Assembly: GCA_012295275.1 (NCBI GenBank)
Contig: CM022677.1
Location: 1,240,001 to 1,304,000 of the forward strand
DNA from: Chrysomallon squamiferum
Lineage: Eukaryota > Animalia > Mollusca
DNA: 64,000 nt
Direction of reading: 5' to 3'
The notes beneath the pieces were generated by a model. That model saw only the letters and a program-made list of their open reading frames with translations, was not told the DNA's origin and ran no database searches. The first letter of the stretch is position 1, and each line of letters starts with the position of its first letter. Below are positions 54,057 through 64,000 of the stretch, piece after piece. The translations under genes were made by a program, and so were the position numbers.

Positions 54057-56892
54057 GGCTTGTTCCCTACATAATATCGAATATCACTGAATTCTGTTAT
54101 AATATTAAACAACAGCCATACAGCACAATTCATATTTAATACAGAGCGACGAAGAACAAGTGAAATTTAGTTAATGTTGCATTAGCATTTTAATTTTTAA
54201 TATTTAATTAAATATTTCTCCAAATTACTTTCTGATGTTTGCAAAAGAACAGACTAGTAAGTTTGAAACTCAGAAAGGACACTTTAAATATTATTGTTTT
54301 TCAATAAACAGCTTTCATCTAGTACTTATTAGTTGTTTTTTTTTTTTTTTTTATTCTTTTGTTATTATTATTATTTTTTTTTTTTTATGAATAATAATAT
54401 ATTTGCAGAAACCAGCTGCAACTCAAAGAATAGTATATATTGTATTATAATGTCATTAATCTTATAGCTGTCAGACGGTGCATGGTTAATACATGTACGT
54501 GATAAGCAATACTGAATTATTACGACACACAGTATTTATTAAATGAACGGATGTATTTAATTGCTATACGACGTATGTAGATTATTACTCTTTTAATACG
54601 CTATGAGTGAGCTCAAGTAATTGCCTGATAATTGCTGCACCACGCACAATATTAATTTCATTCGTTGCCAGATATTTATTTCATATGCTGGTCTTTCTAG
54701 AATCTTGCAGTTGTTGTGTAACGCTTGCAGAGCGCTATGATGTATTAGGACTGGAATTTCGAATTTCAGCAAAACGAGGCACTGTGTTTGTTTTCAAGAC
54801 GCAGTGAATTATAATGACATTTTGTAGTAATGATATTGTAACTGGAAGTAAAACTGCAAGAAATTATTACATTATCAGCCGAGAGATCACGTGATCTTTC
54901 TCTCTGCACCTAATTAATTGCGCATGCATCGTGTGGTGGTGGTGGTGGTGGGGAAATGTAAAGAAAGAGAGAAATGGAAATAGTGAAAAAATAAAACAAT
55001 CGTCATCTGAACCTTTATATCGTTTTAAATCTGCTACACGAAGATTTCGTTTACTTATTTACATATCCATGTGAAATTCAAGCACGTCCATCGTGGGCAC
55101 CAATATGCTTACACTGCTGATCTTGTTAAGAAAATAATTCATGTTTTTAATCAAAGGTTTGTTTCTTCTTTCTGTTCTTTTTCAACTATTGCTGTTGTTA
55201 TTGCTGCTCCTGCTAAGATTACAAATAAAATTATTGTTGTTATTGTTGTTGTTATTATTCAGAACAAACTATTTTATTAAGTAGTTTAGTTGTTGTTTGT
55301 GTATACTAAACCTTCTAACATCTGCTTTTTACTTAATTCCTCCGTTCACAACACTTTCATAAAATTGTTAAAATAATATTTTTGTTATTTCTTTTCTTCT
55401 GTCTGTATCTCTGCCTGGGTATCTATCTGTAGGTTTATCTGTCTGTCTGCATTATCTATACCTGTACTTTATCTCTATCATAATTATCAATACACTGTCT
55501 ATATCTTAATTATTTATACCTGAATATATCGTTATCACCGTATATACCTGTCCTATATGACCATCGACGCTTGCACAGTGTAACTACTGATGCACATATA
55601 ATACCTAATGGGAATTAACGACATAGAAATCGCCTAAGGTACCAACATTTAAACCTGTTAAAAAAACATCTACACTTTTCTTTTACTAAATCCTAATTGT
55701 AATTCTTCAGCAGCATGAAATTATTTGTCAGCGCTGCACAGACAGGGTTACTGGGCGTTGGTCTGATGTGGAGAAAACACGAAGACAACAACAAAGAATC
55801 AGCACATGAAAAACTACTCAGATTCGAAACAGTAATATTAAAGCACGCGTAAATGATCTTTATCAATACGTGATGATTTCTGATGTTAAACACGGGGAGA
55901 ATCGAACGAACTACACAAGCAGAACGGAATCGATGGATCTCATTTGAAAATCTTTTTTTGGTTTGTTCCCGACGCTGGTGTAACTGTTCGCTAACTCAAT
56001 GCGACAACGCTTACTACAGTCAGACAACGACGTCATCGATTCACTTCGTATCAGATCACAACTGTTTGTAAATCAGCAACAGCCCCAAATCAATGCGACC
56101 ACTGGGACACTTCACGTTGTAGTAAACGCATTTGTAACTGTGGATTTTTCCCGTACATATGATAGAGTACAACAGATCATTACCACTCAGATGTGTACAA
56201 TACTATGCAGCACATAGAAAAACAAATACAATTACATACAATACTGTACAGTACATTATAGTACATTATATTACAGTAGTATGCTATATAATACAATAAA
56301 TATTGTGCGGTATTGCGGTAGTAGCAGCAGCAGCAGAAGTAGTAGCAGCAGTAGCAGAAGCAGTAGTAGAAGCAAAAGTGGCCATAGTTGTTGTGGTAAC
56401 AGCAATAGTTGAAGGAGTAGCAGCAGCAATAGCAAAAGTACAGTAGTAGTAATAGTACTAATGGTAATATAGTAATTGTAATAGTGAAAAAAAGTAGTAA
56501 TAGTAGTAGTGGTAGTAATAGCACTAGTAACAGTAATAGTATTAGTAGAAATTATATTAGGATTTGTAGTAGTTGTACTAATAGCAGTAGTACGTTTGGT
56601 AGCAATAATAGCGGAAACAAAGAAGTCAAATTTATGATAGTGTCAATCATTTCTGTATATATTTAATATCACCACGTACAGCGCACGCAGGTGGCACCTA
56701 TAACTGTTATACAACACGGTGACGCGGGAATCTGGTAGATGAATTCACTTAACAGAACAAAACTAGCAGCAGCTGACAAGTGTCATGCGATTCCATTTTC
56801 AATAATGATTGTCACAGAATTTATTCACAGCAGCAGTCACGCATCAGGACAGGTGTTCTAGATTTTAATAAAGATATACCATACTTGTATTT

Positions 56893-56898
56893 CTAATA

Positions 56899-56961
<63 letters not shown>

Positions 56962-57020
56962 GTAGTAGTAGTAGTAATAATAGTAGTGGTAATAGTAACA
57001 GTAGTAGTAGTAATAATAAC
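56893..57020. repeat. (AAT)n/(AGT)n microsatellite
   Basis: Directly visible. Confidence 0.93.
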
Positions 57021-57070
57021 AAATTAAAACACGTCAAATAAGTAAAATTTTGATGCCGATTTAATATGTA

Positions 57071-57101
<31 letters not shown>

Positions 57102-60100
57102 AACACACATTCATACATACATAATATATATATATATGTTGTGCGTGTCCTTGAACTTCGTAACAAAAGCTATTACCCAGATAACATCCGTATATATGTT
57201 AAAAATATGAACTGTATTAACTTGATATTAAATAGTTACAGTATCGAACAGGGGCTGCTGTACATCAAACTACACATAAAAGTTACAACTAGCGTTGCTT
57301 TCATTAAATAAATATAACAGTTAATATTATACGGTTTGAATTTAACCTAACACACTGAAAGTGATATGTTACTGCAAGTTCCCAAATTCCGTTGAATATT
57401 TTTCGACTTGTTATTAAACACTAATTTAGTGAGTTGTCAGGGGAAATAATTTGAAGCCAGATCGAAATATCTGTTTCTTAGTTGTTGTTTTTTTTCAAAG
57501 TTATTAGTCAAAGAATGTTTTATTAACGACTGGGATGAAATAAAATAATTTGATACCTGAAGAGAAAACAAATTATACTGCAGTCGTTACTTATAAAAAA
57601 AAAGAAGAAAAAAGAGTAGAGTTTTTAGTTTTATAAGTTAACAAGTAAATAGTAAAAAAAAAAAAATTAAAAAAATAATACAAAATACAAACAAGCAAAT
57701 AAATAAATAAATAAATACGTAGGGTTTGTATGTTGATTTGCATATTATTGTTACCTGCTTTATATAAAAATGAAACAAAATAAATAAAATAAAATAGTGA
57801 AAAACAACAAAACAACATTATAATTTATTTTATCTTAATTTAATTTTAAAAATAAAAAGTAATTAAATTAATAAATAAAAAAAAAGTAATAATAAAAATA
57901 ACAAAATAAAACAATAATAATAATAATTAAAAAAAAAAAAAAAAAAAAACCAGAAAGAAAACAAAAATCTGTTTTTAAAAAGTAATAACTCAGCACTTTG
58001 CAAACTAGAGCGCAAAAAAAAAAAAAAAAAAAAATCAAACTGTTACGACAGCAGCTTCGGGCCAGCTGTTATGTATACGACGTCAGCATTAAAGGAACGG
58101 CTGTCCGCCACTGCCACATTAGAAGAAAACTAATCTGCCAATCAGGAACACAGCAGCAGGTTAGCGGACTCGATCCTCGGTGTTTGGTGACAGCTAAAAA
58201 GCCGGATCTGCGTCGACTGCAGTCCCTTGATATGCGCAGCCCGTCGTGACAGGTCTATCCAATGTGATAGGCTGGTCGCGGCGCAGAAACAATAGAAAAA
58301 CTAAATAAATAAATGAAAAATAAGATCGGGCAGAAAAATGGGAAATTGACTTTTCTCCACAGTTCTGTGTGGACCATGAGCGCGTCTGGTTTTCTGTCTG
58401 AAAGACTAATCTACTTAGGTAAAGAAAGTGTTTGTGTACAGGTATTCATACTTCGTTCTTCGGCATTCCGCGTGTTAATTCGTCCTTTGTATGTCTTTCC
58501 TTTTAATCATTAGTGTTTCAGAGTAATGGTTTTGACTGACCATCTTTCTCATTGATTCTCAGTTGTGTTAATATATAATTGTTTGTCCTTACAACAGGTA
58601 AACTGATGTTAAAGTGCTACATCCGAGCCACGAACCTGTTCACATTATCATTAACAGAGCCACCTTTTTCACGAAACATAGTCTTTAACGTTGCCATTAT
58701 AATCATCATCATCATTATCATTAACAACAACAATAAAAACGAATTATATTAACATCATCATCATCATCATCATCATCAAACGCAGACATGTTAACGTTAC
58801 CATATCGTAACAAATATATCCCTTCTTAATAATCATAATTATCTTCGTCATTATTACATCCATATCAATTAATTTGAAAATCAGATAAATATAATTAATC
58901 TGAAAAAATAAATCTGAATATTCTACCAAAAACAAACAACTATGAGCTCAGTGTGTTTCGTCTGTTCGTCAACTAGAACATATTCACCAAACGAACAGTC
59001 AAAATAAATACCGAGAGAACAGACTGAAAAAATAAAATAAAATAAAGACTTTTACATTCCAGTCGGCGCAAAGCAACACAACGTTCTTGCGTTCTACATA
59101 ACTGTTCCTCATTTCAAGCAGCAATGGAAAGTGAAAAGCAAACTGAACGCTGAAAGAAGCTGCGGCAGGTTCGCATTCAGTCGGCGACTTTCGTAATCGA
59201 ATCGGCTTTCCGACGTTCGTGATAGCGCAAACACAGCGCGGAAAGATCGGAGGGAGACATTGTTGTTGTATCTGTTACCTTTGCTTGTATTGATCCTAGT
59301 CAATCATCTACATACATTGTATAATAACTGGCTTCTGTTAAATAATAATAATGATAACAGTAATGATGATGATGATAAGCACGACAACGACGTCTATGGC
59401 GATTATTATGATATCGTTTTCAAGCGGCCTCGTGCTTTGTCTTCCTATAGGTAAATCTATATATTAAAGGGGAAAAAAGGAAAAGATTCCTCTCTCAGAC
59501 TGTATTCTGAAGACGCTGATAATAATTGGGTTAAGAAATGAATTACGTCAAACGTCAGAACATCACACTTTCAATGTGACCTTAACTCAGCTTATCAAAA
59601 ACTCCGCAGCTCTCTGTAACCGAATGACGAAAATAGGTCTGACGAATTTCTCAAATCTTCGTTCATACGATCTTATATAAAATTCTAATGAGTATCGATT
59701 TTGAATTTTATTTTAGCCAGCAAACCTATAAATGTATGAGTTGATATTTAAAGCATTTGCGTAAGAGAATGAAAAATAACAACAAAACAAAAATGCACTT
59801 CGAATGAGCTGATTGTGATTTTAACCATCAGCATCGTCACGTGACACAGTTCTTTCCACATTCGTTTACTAGTTCATTTACATATTTCTTCATTTACAAA
59901 ACCGAAATTAGAAAGATTTATACAAATAAAATAAAAATAAAAAACGTTTTATGAATAAAAACGAAAACTACTTTGAAACAAAATAAGAAAAAACAAATTC
60001 AACTATTCTGGTTTTGACAAAATATAATTTTAAAATAGTTGTTTTTATATACAGCGGAGATTCATTTCAGTTCTCTTTAAAAGGATTGCTTTACCCAGAA

Positions 60101-61899
60101 TTCTCCATTAAAATAAAAACTGTATCACTTTAATTAGGCAGCTTCTAATGACCTGGACGACGTAACGAAGAATTCTTCGTGCACAAACGTTCTCTACTAC
60201 AACTGCAGACATGTCACTTTTTTCTCTTTGTTATGTTTATGATGTACGTGCTGCAAAAAAAAATATTCTAAATTACTGGCTAATTATTTCTCTCGGGCTT
60301 TTTCTAGCAGCAGTGTACACGTTGATTGATATTCTTACAATCTACCGGAAGTAAAGCGTGATTTTGCAAGCCGGCATTTCCTGCGAACAATTAGAACTAA
60401 CTTGCAGTAACCATGGTTTCTTACAAACGCGGCAAACGACAATAGGCAGCCATTACCCTGGTAACCGCACACGATCGGATGGTTGTGTCTGAGAAAGCTG
60501 TCTGTGTTATTAGTAAATAATAAAGCAGCTTTGTGTAGATGGGAAATGGTTACTCTTGCTCTTTCAGGCCAAAGGATAAAAACAGGATCAGCTTAGTTTT
60601 ATCTGCAGACTTGCCAGAATAGAAATAATATACAAGATTTGTATGCGGATTTGCCCTTTTTGTCCGATCCAATTTAAATCTTTACGTCAGTATTAATTTA
60701 CTAGCTTAATGCTGTTTGCACTTGTGACTTGATGTGAAACACTTACATACACGTAGAGAAATAATGAGAACGAAGTAAACAATGAGTGCACAAGCGACCT
60801 CTCCATCTGATCCGCTTGTTCAGGCGCTCTTGCACGCTCTTGAAGCGTGCCAGAAACACGCTTTTATTTCCATGACGATGCAGATGGACTGAATGTGATC
60901 AAATGTCTGTGAACAACATTTTCATTTTTGAAAGGAAAAACAGCAACCACAGTGGGAATATCTGGAGAATAGCATTTATTTTCTTCTTTTATCATTTTAA
61001 CATAGAACGTCATACGCGCACGTTTCTGTGTTTTCTGTCAGTTTGTGTTATACGACAAATAAAACAGCAACACGATTAGGAATGGCTTGCTCGCGGCTTT
61101 CACACAAAAGAAAGGAATGTATTGATAACATTATTAACTCACGTATGATTGTTATCAACAAACCTGCGTTAATGATTTTTAACAATTAACTTCAAGTGCA
61201 CGCCGCTTTGTGCTGATTCACCAATATTACTCAAAATATGTCGGCGTATTGCAGTGAATACAGCAGTGTTGACTGAAAATAGTAAACATTTACTCAACAG
61301 TTCAGTTATTTGACTTGTCTTACCTGTAGGCAGGGCTACTTTAACCCGTTAATGGTAAACTGTACTAAAATAACAAATATAAAACCTTTTTTTTTTTTTC
61401 ATGTCCCAGCTGTTACAGTCGTGAAAAATTGATTTCATTTATTATATACGAATATAAGCTTTATTTATTATTTTAATTAATTAATTTATTTATTTACTTA
61501 GTTAGTTAGTTAGTTACTTACTTATTTGTTTGTCTGTTGTTGGTTTTTTTTTTTTTTTTTTTTTATTTTTTTTTTCCTAAACGATACAGGACCATATTAC
61601 TGATATTGAAACGTGTTTAGATTTTACGTTGATTTTTACTCTTATTTTAACTTAGTTATAAATAAAACAATTTCTATTATATCATTTAACAGCATATTTC
61701 ATTTTTAATTCTCAAACCGATGTGTTTTTTAATTTAAAAATGTCATTATTTGTTTTACATTTTCTTTTATCTAATATTACATTTTGTACATTATATTTTA
61801 TTTTTTTTTTTTGATGTGAACTTAACCGATTATTTGTTTCTCTCAATCTTCTAGTATTTTACTTGATTTTTCTTTTCTCAGTGACTTTGTTTATTATTT

Positions 61900-61936
<37 letters not shown>

Positions 61937-63084
61937 GAAAGAGAGACTAATTTATTTCGTCTATTTATTATTTATTTCTATTATTTTGATTTCAATACAA
62001 GCATCAGACCGAACAGTGAAAGTGAAAGAAGAACATTCTAACTGAAAACCAAATCGTCCAGCTGTCAGAAATAAGTCTTTTGTCAATACGTAAGTAATAA
62101 ATAATGTATACCGCGAGTTCAGTGTCTCATTAACGTGAATGAAATTGTTTTTTTTCACACAAGAACAGGTTTTAATGAATTATAACAAGAAATGTTGGAA
62201 AAAATCTTACGTGAGCTGTTAATAAAATATTTAAATTAATTAACGGCGGCATTTTGGTTATTCAAGCTCTGGCGTAATTACTTTCGTAAGAAACTTGATC
62301 TGCGTCAACAACTAAGACAACAACAACAACATTAACAGCGATATCAGTAACGACATCAGAAATAGCAACAATATCAGCTGCAACAGCAATATAATTTCAA
62401 CAGGAGAATCAACCCAGGAACAAGAACAGTATCAGTGTGGGTAATAATAAAATAAACACACAAGAAGAAACGTGAGAATAAGAAACTAATCAAACATTCA
62501 GCTTCTTTTTGATTAAAGATCACCGGCTGTTTAGAAAATTCTCCTGTTATAAAAGAGTGAATTCCACTGACAGCTGAATCAAACTTTAGTTTTGTCTTGC
62601 GTCGCAGGTTTGCATATCAATAGGACTTTACCCACCAGTGACTTTCTAAAGTTCTGACGAAAACATTTAGCCTTGGAAAATGGCTCTTGTCAGAGTGGAT
62701 TAAACAGTCATCTTCACGACAGCAGCTAAAACTAAAAACTCAGATTAAATGTTAAAATTTCTAGTAGCTTAAGGCAGTGAAATGTTTGGTTGTGGAACTG
62801 AGAAGCATCAAAAAGCTCTCTGTTTCACATCTCCGCTATCAGAGATTCCTCGCCAGTCCCATCAAACGCATCTCCAACATTAAAGAATTCTCATAATGAG
62901 CTTCAGTTAAAAATCGATCGTGTAGCGGCTTCATGATTGGAAAAATTGTTGATAAAACATCAAAGAATAGCCATTTGTAACACAATCATGGGATTAATAG
63001 CAGTTCCCCACGAGAATATACATGCAGAATGGTTTTCTTCAACTTCATTACAGTGTAAACAACAACTCAACAAAAACAATAGTG

Positions 63085-63201
<117 letters not shown>

Positions 63202-64000
63202 TATAATAATTATTTATTTTTCGATATTAAAACATTTTTATCATTCTTCAGCTTGTCGTATCTGTGCACATTTTTTGCTTTCTAAACTTAGTTCTGGACA
63301 TTTCATTAATAAAAGTTCTTTTTCTTGTCAAGAAAACTTATCTCCATTCACGTGACAGTTCAGTTCGAGGCCGTTAGGTTACAGGTAGAAGGCGACGCCC
63401 TGCTATTGTTTTTCAATTAACAAGTAGTCTAAACTTGACCATCGTTGATATTTTCAACAGGGATCATCTCAAAAATAACAAAACGATTCTTTAAATGGCT
63501 TACATTATTAAAGCAACAGTAAATGCTTTTTTCTTGTATTAATGATTGAATTCAACTAATGTATTTTAAAAATTAATATATATATATATATATACATACA
63601 TACACATACATTATTATCAGTATTATTTCTGCGACTTTAAATGGGAGGATGATGCAGTTTTATATGTCAGTAACTAATGGAAACTACTGTTGGTTAAAGT
63701 TTAATAGAAAATACTAGTTCTGTTCAATACTAATATGTAGAGTGAGGAATTGTCCGTTTACTAGTCGTAACTGCGGGCCCAGGGACTTCATTTTCTCGGA
63801 AGTACAGTTAAAACACGCGTATTAACATTGGGCATGTTTTCACATGTTAAATAGCACGTACATTAACGGAATCTCTAGTCGCCGTTCAGATACAATCTGT
63901 TGGTAACATTTTATACATAGCGTATGTGGAACAACTCATATACATAAGCCTCGAAATCGACTAGTAATCAGATGAGATCAGTGCATTAGTTAATGTAGAT

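Noticed and set aside
61324-61364. Short segment flanked by ttttag and CAG|gtaaga
   Set aside because: No PH-like coding similarity, and the 36-nt form has a stop in phase 0. It cannot be supported without RNA data.

Overview
AT-rich, microsatellite- and minisatellite-dense eukaryotic genomic DNA, most likely from an invertebrate metazoan (weak inference). The window is spanned by one multi-exon minus-strand gene, a Ras-specific guanine nucleotide-releasing factor (RasGRF1/2 family). I traced 19 GT-AG exons by hand from 42057 down to 514. They encode the C-terminal PH1, coiled coil, IQ, DH, PH2 and a split REM domain interrupted by a long Ser/Pro-rich insert. The CDC25 catalytic domain lies left of the window, and the exon for the N-terminal half of PH1 was not found (probably beyond 64000). 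All exon phases are compatible except at exon 13761-13976, which carries an internal duplication that breaks the frame. Main observations: (1) tandem duplications repeatedly anchored on exon boundaries, creating arrays of decoy splice sites, several of them stop-introducing; (2) a 24-nt and a 6-nt frame-preserving microexon candidate; (3) a diverged, frameshifted copy of the end of a PH2 exon; (4) a candidate alternative first coding exon (MKQSQYKQ); (5) a CpG-content switch near 38.9 kb. The long ORFs in the supplied track over repeats are artefacts. No prokaryotic features, CRISPR arrays or RNA genes are supported.
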